58,217 nt of DNA from Bacteroidales bacterium (GTDB lineage: Bacteria; Bacteroidota; Bacteroidia; Bacteroidales; UBA12077), in contig JANQHR010000024.1 of NCBI GenBank assembly GCA_028282585.1, positions 1 through 58,217 of the forward strand, given 5' to 3'. A program made the position numbers and the translations under genes. Numbering within the stretch: position 1 is the first letter of the stretch; each line of letters opens with the position of its first letter. Positions 47,294 through 55,649 of the stretch are shown one piece after another. The notes beneath the pieces were generated by a model. That model ran no database searches. It was not told the origin of the DNA and saw only the letters and a program-made list of their open reading frames with translations.

Positions 47294-49243
47294 TTAGTTT
47301 TTTAGATTGTTTATCATTTCTATTATTCTTAGAGCCTCGGCTACGCTCCACGCTTGTGAAATTGAACCTTTGGGCTCGTATGGCGGGTCTCCATCATAAA
47401 CTTCTGCAATTGAACAAAGCCCATGCTCAGTCATATCTTCTTTAAAATTCTCAATAACTCTTTCAGCTAGTGGCAAACCGTTTTTTCCATGAAGTCTTAA
47501 ATATCCTTCGATAAAATGCCCTAGCAACCATGGCCAAACAGTTCCCTGATGATAAGCGTTATCTCTTTGTTCCTGACTTCCATAATAGCGCCCTTTATAT
47601 GCCCGATTTTTTGGTGATAAAGTTCTTAAACCTTTTGCTGTTAGTAATTCTTTTTCAACTTTAGCTAGAACTCTTTCTTTATGATCATCTTCTATTGGAC
47701 TATATGGTAAAGAAGTGGCGAAAATTTGATTTGGTCTTACAGATTTATCAGCACCATCTTCATTTATTACGTCATGAAGATGTTGGTACTCATCACACCA
47801 AAAATTTTCTACGAATGAACTCTTAATTTTTTCCGGAAGATTTTCCCAATCTTTAATAAATATTTTATCACCGAATTCTTTTGCTAACTCTAAAGTATAA
47901 CAAACTGCATTATACCACAACGCATTAATTTCTACGGCATAACCTTCTCGAGGTGTCACTGGTTTTCCATTAGCAATTGCGTCCATCCATGTAAGGGCTT
48001 TTCCTTTCTCTCCCTGCCAAACCAGACCGTTCTCGTGCATTTTAATATTAAAAGGCAATCCATTTTTATACCCTTCAAGAATGGATTTCATCTTTTTACC
48101 ATAATCTTTCCAAACCTTTTCTTTATCTACAATATATTCTTCATACTTTTGCAAGGACCAGAAATACCATAACGGAGCATCTACTGAATTAAAAGCTGCT
48201 GCTGTATTCTTCCCTATATTTGGAAATAACCCGCCTTTTAATTCTGAAGACATGGTATCCAAAACCTGCTTACAAGATTTAGCATCACCATGAGTTAAAG
48301 TTAACCCGGGCAAAGCGATAAATGTATCTCTTCCCCAACGACCAAACCATGGGTAACCTGCTATAACCTCTGTTGCTTTATCGCGATAAACTAAAAACTG
48401 CTGTGCAGAGTTAACTAAACACTTTTCAAAACCATCTTTTTTGGGTCTCAGTTTTATTTCCGAATTAAACTTTCGAGTTAATCCCTCGGGAGCAGCTTCT
48501 TTAGTTGCTGCAGAGAAAATAACAGATTCACCTTTTTTTATAGGTAGTTCAAAATAGCCGGGAACAAATAAATCTTCCTGATAATCATAACCACGATTTA
48601 ACTCTTCCAAATATTCTATATTGTAATGCCAATCTGGTGTAGCTATAAATTCATTTGATTTATTTATTTGCATATTTAACCAAGGAAAGCCCTGGTATAA
48701 TTTCGATTTTATTCCATTCGAAATTACCTGGTATTTTGTATTCGCATGCATATTTGCTTTTGAAAGTTTATGCGAGTTTCTAAAAGCTAGGAAAGGTTTC
48801 ACTCTGATTGTAGTTGGCGAATGAGCCTCCAACAAAGTATAACGTATCATGAACTGCTCCTCGTTATGCACAAAAAGCAACTCTTTCTTAAGAACTACTC
48901 CTCCCACTCGATAAATCAAAGTTGGCGTTGGTTCATACTCAAAATCCCGAATGTATTTATGACCATGTGGTTCATATATTCCAACCCCTGGAAATTTATG
49001 TATTCCTAAATTAAATTCTTTACCTCTTTGAATTACTGTTTCATCAACGGCCGAAAGTAAAACATGATTTTCTCCATCAAATTCTTTTAACGGCAATACC
49101 ATTAATCCATGGTATTTTCTAGTATTACATAATATTATGCTTGTACTAAAATAGCCTCCGGCTCTATTAGTACTTAGAATTTCCTTTTTTAGAGAGTACT
49201 CTAAGTTTATTAATTCTTCTTTATTAAATTTTAGATAACTCAT
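47294..49243 (-). CDS. Glycogen debranching enzyme, amylo-alpha-1,6-glucosidase (GDE_N + GDE_C, GH133-like)
   Basis: ATG 49243; TNRAGGY, NTRKYHGL, IAGYPWFGRWGRDTFI, NSVDAPLW, LTWMDA, VEINALW, RPNQ, AYHQGTVWPW, SQAWSVAE. Confidence 0.92.
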   Translation of the reverse strand: MSYLKFNKEELINLEYSLKKEILSTNRAGGYFSTSIILCNTRKYHGLMVLPLKEFDGENHVLLSAVDETVIQRGKEFNLGIHKFPGVGIYEPHGHKYIRDFEYEPTPTLIYRVGGVVLKKELLFVHNEEQFMIRYTLLEAHSPTTIRVKPFLAFRNSHKLSKANMHANTKYQVISNGIKSKLYQGFPWLNMQINKSNEFIATPDWHYNIEYLEELNRGYDYQEDLFVPGYFELPIKKGESVIFSAATKEAAPEGLTRKFNSEIKLRPKKDGFEKCLVNSAQQFLVYRDKATEVIAGYPWFGRWGRDTFIALPGLTLTHGDAKSCKQVLDTMSSELKGGLFPNIGKNTAAAFNSVDAPLWYFWSLQKYEEYIVDKEKVWKDYGKKMKSILEGYKNGLPFNIKMHENGLVWQGEKGKALTWMDAIANGKPVTPREGYAVEINALWYNAVCYTLELAKEFGDKIFIKDWENLPEKIKSSFVENFWCDEYQHLHDVINEDGADKSVRPNQIFATSLPYSPIEDDHKERVLAKVEKELLTAKGLRTLSPKNRAYKGRYYGSQEQRDNAYHQGTVWPWLLGHFIEGYLRLHGKNGLPLAERVIENFKEDMTEHGLCSIAEVYDGDPPYEPKGSISQAWSVAEALRIIEMINNLKN

Positions 49244-49381
49244 AAATAAATATTTAATCAGTATTGTTGGAGCAGATATGATAAAAATATAAACAAAACA
49301 TAATTCAATGCAAAGTTTAAACAATAATATTTAGTCTTTCTTAATAGAATATTAAATTATAATCAACCAAAAGCTAACCTT

Positions 49382-49389
49382 TATATTTG
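49382..49389 (+). promoter_or_regulatory. -7 element upstream of msrB
   Basis: TATATTTG 100 bp before the ATG. Confidence 0.4.
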
Positions 49390-49489
49390 AAAAAGAACTC
49401 TTTAGAGGTAAAACCAACGGTATTCTTTACATAATACCAGAAGTTATAAAACCATTTTAAACGTTAATTGTTTAATAAAATAAAAACTC

Positions 49490-49933
49490 ATGATAAGATT
49501 TAACGTTTTATTCATATTGGTATTGTTTTTTATGAATGGATATTCTCAAGAAAAAAAGATGGATTACAATAAGTTAACACCCGAGGAAGAAAGAGTAATT
49601 GTACATAAAGGTACTGAACTTCCCTGGACAGGTAAATATTTAAATAACAAGGAAGAAGGTACATATACCTGTAAACGTTGCGACGCTGTTTTGTATAAAT
49701 CAGAAGATAAATTTGATTCGCATTGTGGATGGCCAAGTTTCGATGATGAAGTTGATGGTGCAGTAAAACGTGTTCCGGATAAAGACGGAAGAAGGACCGA
49801 AATTGTTTGTGCCAATTGCGATGCTCATTTAGGTCACGTATTTCTTGGTGAAGGATTTACTTCCAAAAATACACGGCATTGTGTAAACTCCGTTTCCTTG
49901 AAATTTGTCCCTGCAGAAATTAAGAAAAAATAA
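49490..49933 (+). CDS. msrB: Methionine-R-sulfoxide reductase with a signal peptide
   Basis: [42 protein letters not shown]; N-terminus GYS|Q. Confidence 0.93.
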   Translation: MIRFNVLFILVLFFMNGYSQEKKMDYNKLTPEEERVIVHKGTELPWTGKYLNNKEEGTYTCKRCDAVLYKSEDKFDSHCGWPSFDDEVDGAVKRVPDKDGRRTEIVCANCDAHLGHVFLGEGFTSKNTRHCVNSVSLKFVPAEIKKK

Positions 49934-49936
49934 TAC

Positions 49937-50014
49937 ATGTTATTTCGAAATTAATTGGCTAATATCCGAAATCGATTTGGCAGATAATAATTCCTACCTG
50001 CTTAGGAATAACAT
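49937..50014. repeat. Degenerate REPIN-like element between convergent genes
   Basis: Terminal inverted repeat ATGTTATT / AATAACAT; internal palindrome ATTCCTA-cctgct-TAGGAAT. Confidence 0.45.
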
Positions 50015-50021
50015 TTGTTTA

Positions 50022-50684
50022 TTAATTTATAATTTCAGTCTTTACATGTTCGGCTTCTGCAAACTGGATAAGGTTTTCTTCTAATCTCTTTAAGTGATTT
50101 TCTAAATCGTTTACTCCACTAAACGAAATGATATTCATTGATATTTGCTTTGTTTGATCAGTAATCTTAACTCTTTCCGAGTCACTTGTTGGGCTTCCAA
50201 ACTTCCCTTCTGTGTCTTCAAAAACAGGAAGGTTTTCGATGTTTATTAACCCCCTGCCAATTCCATAATATTCATCTTCCTTGGTTCCAATTGTAAATTT
50301 TACGGGAGGATTTAATTTTGCTCTATCAAAAGCGCAAATTGAATAAAATGAGGCAATTGAGATTAAATTATTTATATCAACTATATTACTTATGTGGTAA
50401 ATTCCCTTTTCTTTTACAATTCTTCTAAGAAGTGCTTCTGATGATAAACGATACCTTGCAGGGTCTTTCCCAAATGTTTTGTAAGCCCTTCTTGAATCTG
50501 CAATAACCTGAAGTTTTGAAATATCCTCAACCTTATGAGTTGCTGCAAACTCTTCACAAGCCTGATCAAGCTCATTTATCAATAACTTATCCGAAGTTTT
50601 CACAACAACATCTGCTTCTAACGAACCTATGGCAATATTTTCCCATTTCAATTTCAGTTCTTCTGAGATCTTTATATCAAGCAT
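50022..50684 (-). CDS. Stand-alone B3/4 domain protein (PheT-editing-like)
   Basis: RRAYKTFGKDPARYRLSSEALLRR, IVDINNLISI, GIGRG..NIENLPVFED..GSPTSDSER. Confidence 0.88.
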   Translation of the reverse strand: MLDIKISEELKLKWENIAIGSLEADVVVKTSDKLLINELDQACEEFAATHKVEDISKLQVIADSRRAYKTFGKDPARYRLSSEALLRRIVKEKGIYHISNIVDINNLISIASFYSICAFDRAKLNPPVKFTIGTKEDEYYGIGRGLINIENLPVFEDTEGKFGSPTSDSERVKITDQTKQISMNIISFSGVNDLENHLKRLEENLIQFAEAEHVKTEIIN

Positions 50685-50746
50685 ATCAAAAATTTAAATT
50701 GAATGAAGCATAAATCTAAAAAAAGTTTAGTTCTTTTACCAATTGT

Positions 50747-51529
50747 ATGGTTACTCAAGTTATAAACAACGTTAAATTACTTAGGTTTTCTAATCTAATT
50801 AACCACGAAGGCATCACACATTATTCGTCAACACGGCTTGGTGGTTTTAGTACCGGGTATTTGAGCAGCCTAAACCTTGGGTATACGGTCCAGGATAAAA
50901 CGCTAAACGTAACTCAAAACATAGAATTACTTGCTAAAAGCCTTCAGATTGAGAAATCACAATTTGTATTTCCGAAACAAACTCATAGTTCTAATATTGG
51001 AATTGTAAAATCAACAAAAGATGTTTTCCCGGATACCGATGCATTAATCACAAATATTCCCGGTATATTCATTTCTGCCCGCACTGCCGACTGTGTTCCA
51101 ATTTTAATCTATGACCCGGTGCAAAAAGCAATCTCTGCAATCCATTCTGGCTGGAAAGGAACTGCGCAAAGAATATCTCAAAAAACAATTGCTTTAATGC
51201 AAAAGGAATTTGGAACGAACCCTGCAGATTTAATGGCAGGAATCGGCCCATCTATTGGTCCTGAAGTATATGAAGTTGGAACTGATGTTGTAGATGAATT
51301 TAAAAGGCACTTTTACCAAAATCATCTTTTTACTCCTACAGCTGATTCGATTAAGTTTTTACTAAACTTATGGGAAGCAAATAAACAGATTTTGTTGGAA
51401 TCTGGAGTTCCCGATAATCAAATTGAAATTGCAGAAATGTGCACATACACAAATGCTGATTTATTCTTTTCCGCACGAAGAGATAAAGGTAAAACGGGAA
51501 GATTGGCAACAGGAATAATGTTAAAATAA
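50747..51529 (+). CDS. pgeF: PgeF/YfiH family protein (peptidoglycan editing factor / purine nucleoside phosphorylase)
   Basis: STRLGG, SLNLG, QTHS, DALIT, TADCVPIL, HSGWKGT, GPSIG..YEVG, CT..FFSARR. Confidence 0.92.
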   Translation: MVTQVINNVKLLRFSNLINHEGITHYSSTRLGGFSTGYLSSLNLGYTVQDKTLNVTQNIELLAKSLQIEKSQFVFPKQTHSSNIGIVKSTKDVFPDTDALITNIPGIFISARTADCVPILIYDPVQKAISAIHSGWKGTAQRISQKTIALMQKEFGTNPADLMAGIGPSIGPEVYEVGTDVVDEFKRHFYQNHLFTPTADSIKFLLNLWEANKQILLESGVPDNQIEIAEMCTYTNADLFFSARRDKGKTGRLATGIMLK

Positions 51530-51540
51530 TATGATATAGT

Positions 51541-51548
51541 TATATTTG
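51541..51548 (+). promoter_or_regulatory. -7 element upstream of the DUF4421-like gene
   Basis: TATATTTG 21 bp before ATG 51570. Confidence 0.55.
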
Positions 51549-51569
51549 AAAAACCAACTTTAGGGTAAT

Positions 51570-52595
51570 ATGAAAAGAGTAGCTCTGACTACATTACTTG
51601 CATTATTAATTTTTGTTTTGTTTGCTCAGGAAAGTAACGAGTTAACTATTAAATCGGACAAATTTAAATTCGACACTTTAGAGATTACCGACCATTCCGA
51701 AAAGTTAAATCTATATACCGGTTTTTTCGGAAAAATTCATTCCATCGAACTTAACAATTCTGATATAGATAAGAAGTTAAGGTATGAACCTAATAGCAAA
51801 ACCAGTATAGGCTTAGGGTTTAATTACAAATGGATTGGGCTGGCAGTTTCATTTAGCCCCGGCTTTTTAAATAGCGATAACAATATTTACGGCGAAACAG
51901 AAAGCTTTGATATGCAATTAAACCTTTATTCGCGCACATTTGGCATTGATGGTTATTTACAGTATTATAAAGGATATTATTTAGAAAACCCCGAGGATTT
52001 TATCTCCTGGACAGCCGAAGCATTTCCTCTCAGACCTGATTTAGAGTCATTGGCTATCGGGTTATCAGGTTACTACTTTACAAACCATAAGAAATTCTCA
52101 TATAAAGCTGCTTATAACAGAACTCAGGTGCAGAAAAAAAGTGCGGGCTCATGGATCATGGGAGCTTATGCAAACATTAATATTGCCGGAGTTCCAAGAG
52201 AAATTATACCTGTAGAGTTTTCCGATACTTTAAAGCCTTATTACAATGTTGAGGGGTATAAAACCGGTTCGGTTGGTTTCTCAGGTGGATATACATACAC
52301 TTTTGTTTTAAAGCGGTTTTTCATAAATGGAACACTGGTACCCGGACTTGGAGTTAGAAATGGAGAATACTGGTCGGATGGTATTAATAACAGGCAACAA
52401 ACAACGGTAACCGCTTCAGCTACATTGCGCATAGCAATTGGTTACGAAGGAAAGAACATGTATGCAGGAATAAGCATGGTTTCTTCGGTTGACTCATACA
52501 ATTATGAATCCATTGAAATAGCTTCTTCATCAGGAAATGCGAGAATCTATATAGGCAAGAGGTTTAATGTAAGTAAAAACAAAAAGAAAAAATAA
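51570..52595 (+). CDS. DUF4421-like outer-membrane beta-barrel protein
   Basis: Signal peptide LFA|Q; YEPN..SIGLGFNYKWIG, YKGYY, NHKKFSYKAA...QKKSAGS, GYTYTF, IGKRF. Confidence 0.75.
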   Translation: MKRVALTTLLALLIFVLFAQESNELTIKSDKFKFDTLEITDHSEKLNLYTGFFGKIHSIELNNSDIDKKLRYEPNSKTSIGLGFNYKWIGLAVSFSPGFLNSDNNIYGETESFDMQLNLYSRTFGIDGYLQYYKGYYLENPEDFISWTAEAFPLRPDLESLAIGLSGYYFTNHKKFSYKAAYNRTQVQKKSAGSWIMGAYANINIAGVPREIIPVEFSDTLKPYYNVEGYKTGSVGFSGGYTYTFVLKRFFINGTLVPGLGVRNGEYWSDGINNRQQTTVTASATLRIAIGYEGKNMYAGISMVSSVDSYNYESIEIASSSGNARIYIGKRFNVSKNKKKK

Positions 52596-52607
52596 GACTT
52601 TTGCCTA

Positions 52608-53465
52608 ATGAAAACCTTCTGGTTAATTCTAGTATCAATAGTTTGGGGGTCAACCTTTTTTATCATAAAAGATACGGTGGGTTCGGTAAATGAAAACTTA
52701 ATCGTGTTTATCAGAACTTCTCAGGCCTTTATAGCAATGTTTATTTTTCAACTTTTTAAGGATCCCAAACAACTAGTTAATAAGAAAGCTATTTTGTATG
52801 GTTTTATAATTGGGGTACTTCTGGCGGTAACTTACACCTCTCAAACGATTGGGCTAAAATATACAAGTACAGGCCATAGTGCATTTATAACCAGTTCAGC
52901 TGTACTTTTTGTTCCTTTCATTTTGTTTTTTCTATTTAAAATTAAACTTGTTAAAGTTGATATCCTGGCGGTAGTAGTAGTATTTGCAGGTTTATTTCTA
53001 CTCACCTACGATTTCGAAACTAAAATGAATGTAGGTGATTTAATTACAATTATCACTGCTGTTTCTTGTGGTTTTCATATTGTTATGGCTGGCCGGTTTG
53101 TAAAAAAAACAGATGCAGTTACCATAGTTACCTATCAATTTTTAGGAGCTTCGGTTATGAGTTTATTAGCATTTTTACTTTTAAATAATGAGCCGGTTAC
53201 ATTAAGTGCCAAAGTATGGGTTAGTTTAACATATTTAGGGCTTATTGGTACCTTGTTTTGTTATTTTATTTCTGTTTGGATACAGAAATATGTTTCTTCA
53301 TTAAAAGTGGCTATCATATTCTCTCTTGAACCTGTTTTTGCGGCAATTTTTGGATACATCTTTATAAACGAAATACTTAATTCAAAAGAGCTATTGGGTG
53401 CAAGTTTAATTTTATTGGGAGTTATTATTCATAGCATAGTAAAGAACAAAACTAAAAGTTTATGA
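52608..53465 (+). CDS. EamA/DMT family transporter
   Basis: IVWGSTFFIIK, QTIGLKYTS...SAFIT, GDLITI, IIFSLEPVFAAIFG; ~10 TM helices. Confidence 0.92.
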   Translation: MKTFWLILVSIVWGSTFFIIKDTVGSVNENLIVFIRTSQAFIAMFIFQLFKDPKQLVNKKAILYGFIIGVLLAVTYTSQTIGLKYTSTGHSAFITSSAVLFVPFILFFLFKIKLVKVDILAVVVVFAGLFLLTYDFETKMNVGDLITIITAVSCGFHIVMAGRFVKKTDAVTIVTYQFLGASVMSLLAFLLLNNEPVTLSAKVWVSLTYLGLIGTLFCYFISVWIQKYVSSLKVAIIFSLEPVFAAIFGYIFINEILNSKELLGASLILLGVIIHSIVKNKTKSL

Positions 53466-53526
53466 TCTCAGCTACTTCCTCTTTCTCATTTGCCAAGGTG
53501 GTTTTTTTGATTTTAAACTTATTCAT
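53452..53526 (-). pseudogene. 24-codon ORF, possibly a truncated gene remnant
   Basis: MNKFKIKKTTLANEKEEVAEIINF*, preceded by A-rich AGAAAAA, directly downstream of the methyltransferase; overlaps the EamA 3' end. Confidence 0.25.
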
Positions 53527-53551
53527 TTTTTCTGGTTGAAACAATGTCTTT

Positions 53552-54844
53552 CTAACTTGCTTTCAATTCAATAAACAGAGAATAGTAAAATTTATCCGCA
53601 TTGGTAATTCGATTAATTTTTAAATTGTTTTTAGAGATAATCTCCAAGAATTCTTCCCATTTTACAGACTCTGAGAAAGAATCCGCAGTATCATTCCATA
53701 AAGCATTTGCGTATAATATCTTATTACTATAATACATTTCTATTTCTTTAAACGGAGACAGTTCTTTTTGTTTATTTGCAAGCTCTTTTTTTAAACCCTC
53801 TATACCCGAAAAATATTGGCAAACGATTATGGCCCCATTTTCTGTGAGTATTTCCTTTACTCTAGAAATTAACTCTGATTTTTCATAGGCATTAAAATAG
53901 AATAAAACATAGTTTAATAAAACTACATCATACTTCTTCCGAAATCGGTAATTAAAAAAATCTCCATGAATGATTTCTACATTTTTATCTGTCTTGAATT
54001 TGCTGCTTGTCTCCTCGAATACGTTTTGCTGCGATTCAATGCCATCTATTTGAAACATAGGGTAATTATTACTCAAAACATCGATGTAATTCCCATACCC
54101 GCAGCCAATATCTAAAACATTTGCATTGTATTGGTTTTGAACTGTTTCGGCAAAAACATCAATAAATTTATACTGTGTAAAATTCTTGAAAGCATTTCTA
54201 CCTGATTCTGTGTAGTAATCCTCATCAAAAGGCGATTCTATCTTATTTGGAATGTCAAGTTGAGATAATTCATGTAAGGTTTCTGCCAGCCGCACTTCAT
54301 AATCTAAACTTCCATCTTTTATCATATTATTCCAGGTGTCTTTATTCCTGTTTATATGTTGAAACTCATAATCCTTATCTCTATACTTTTTGATAAGGTC
54401 TTTCACAAACAAAAAATCCTTTACTAAACCATTAACCTGAAAGTTTTTAGTTAATCCTCCTTGCTCAAATAGTTTATCAATTAGCTCATTTTCAAGCTTT
54501 AAGATTCGAATATATTTCTTATTAAGGGCTAATTCTTCATTATTGGAAGCTAGAATATTAAAATGAAATAACAAGTCAACAAATGATTCAACTATCCTAT
54601 AACCAATAACTTTCTCTTTAGAAAGGCTCTTTTTTTCTATATTTTCTATGAAATCATTTTTACGTATAATATGTAAACAAAGTACTCTAATAAAATTTAG
54701 TAGTCTTTCAAAGTACCTTACTTTTAAAGCTTTTGGATTTTTTTGGATTTTAGAAACATTAACAATAAATCTTGCTAAAGGGCTTAACTTTTCAGGACCT
54801 GTTTGTCCGGTCTGCTTATATTCTAAATCCTCAAATACAGCCAT
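53552..54844 (-). CDS. Class I SAM-dependent methyltransferase with a long unknown N-terminal domain
   Basis: VLDIGCGYGNY, IDGIE, HGDFF, YDVVLLNYVLFYF, LTENGAII; ~240 aa precede motif I. Confidence 0.8.
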   Translation of the reverse strand: MAVFEDLEYKQTGQTGPEKLSPLARFIVNVSKIQKNPKALKVRYFERLLNFIRVLCLHIIRKNDFIENIEKKSLSKEKVIGYRIVESFVDLLFHFNILASNNEELALNKKYIRILKLENELIDKLFEQGGLTKNFQVNGLVKDFLFVKDLIKKYRDKDYEFQHINRNKDTWNNMIKDGSLDYEVRLAETLHELSQLDIPNKIESPFDEDYYTESGRNAFKNFTQYKFIDVFAETVQNQYNANVLDIGCGYGNYIDVLSNNYPMFQIDGIESQQNVFEETSSKFKTDKNVEIIHGDFFNYRFRKKYDVVLLNYVLFYFNAYEKSELISRVKEILTENGAIIVCQYFSGIEGLKKELANKQKELSPFKEIEMYYSNKILYANALWNDTADSFSESVKWEEFLEIISKNNLKINRITNADKFYYSLFIELKAS

Positions 54845-54893
54845 TTTATAGTCTCATTGTAATGTATGAAATGGCTAAGATAAGCAAACAATA

Positions 54894-55499
54894 TTATTTT
54901 CTGTTTTTCTTTTCAGCTTTCTTTCTTGCTTTTTTTCTAGTTTTATCTTCTTGTTTTTGCTCTTTGATCAAACCTTTTAATGTTTTCTTAATTTTCTTGA
55001 GTTCCTCTGCTCGTTCTAAAATCTCGTAATTTTGTTCTCGTAAACCATCTGTTTGCGAAAGCAAATATTCAATAGACTCTCTCCTACTTATTCGAAGAAT
55101 AACCATCAGATAAAAAATTAAAATAAATAAAAATCCAAAAAGAATATAGTGCACAACAAAAGCTATTTTATCTTTTCTATTTCGTTCCTGAATTACTTTA
55201 TTAAGGTTATTAGTTTTATCTGTTAATGTATTCCTGGTTTTATCATTTTCTACTACAACTCTTTGATCAAGCTTACTCAACTTTTTTACCGCCTCCTGGT
55301 GCAAATGGTATAAACTATCATATGCTTTATTTTGTTGCCTTGATTCCTCCGACAATGAATATATCACTGTATTAAGCTTTTTTTCAATCTTGCTATCTAA
55401 ATTTTTAACATCTTCAATTAAAAGACTGTCTAAATTCTGAGATAAAGCATTAAAAGAATAAAAAACTGAGAATATCACTAAAACTAATAACTTTCTCAT
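54894..55499 (-). CDS. Hypothetical membrane-anchored coiled-coil protein
   Basis: ATG 55499, signal peptide ALS|Q; coiled coil, TM helix (IAFVVHYILFGFLFILIFYLMVIL), cytoplasmic coiled coil with a Lys-rich end. Confidence 0.65.
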   Translation of the reverse strand: MRKLLVLVIFSVFYSFNALSQNLDSLLIEDVKNLDSKIEKKLNTVIYSLSEESRQQNKAYDSLYHLHQEAVKKLSKLDQRVVVENDKTRNTLTDKTNNLNKVIQERNRKDKIAFVVHYILFGFLFILIFYLMVILRISRRESIEYLLSQTDGLREQNYEILERAEELKKIKKTLKGLIKEQKQEDKTRKKARKKAEKKNRK

Positions 55500-55649
55500 A
55501 ATGTGAGATTTTTTTAATGAATCCACAATATATAAAATCTATGTCCATTTAACAAAAGATTTCATTTAAGGCTTTAGTTATTTTTGGATTAAGTTTTTTA
55601 AACTTGTAAGCATAAAAATTGTCTTAGTTTAAATTAAAATAAAACTATA

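Noticed and set aside
49490-49933. Selenocysteine recoding in MsrB
   Set aside because: The catalytic residue is an ordinary Cys codon (RHCVNS) and there is no in-frame TGA.
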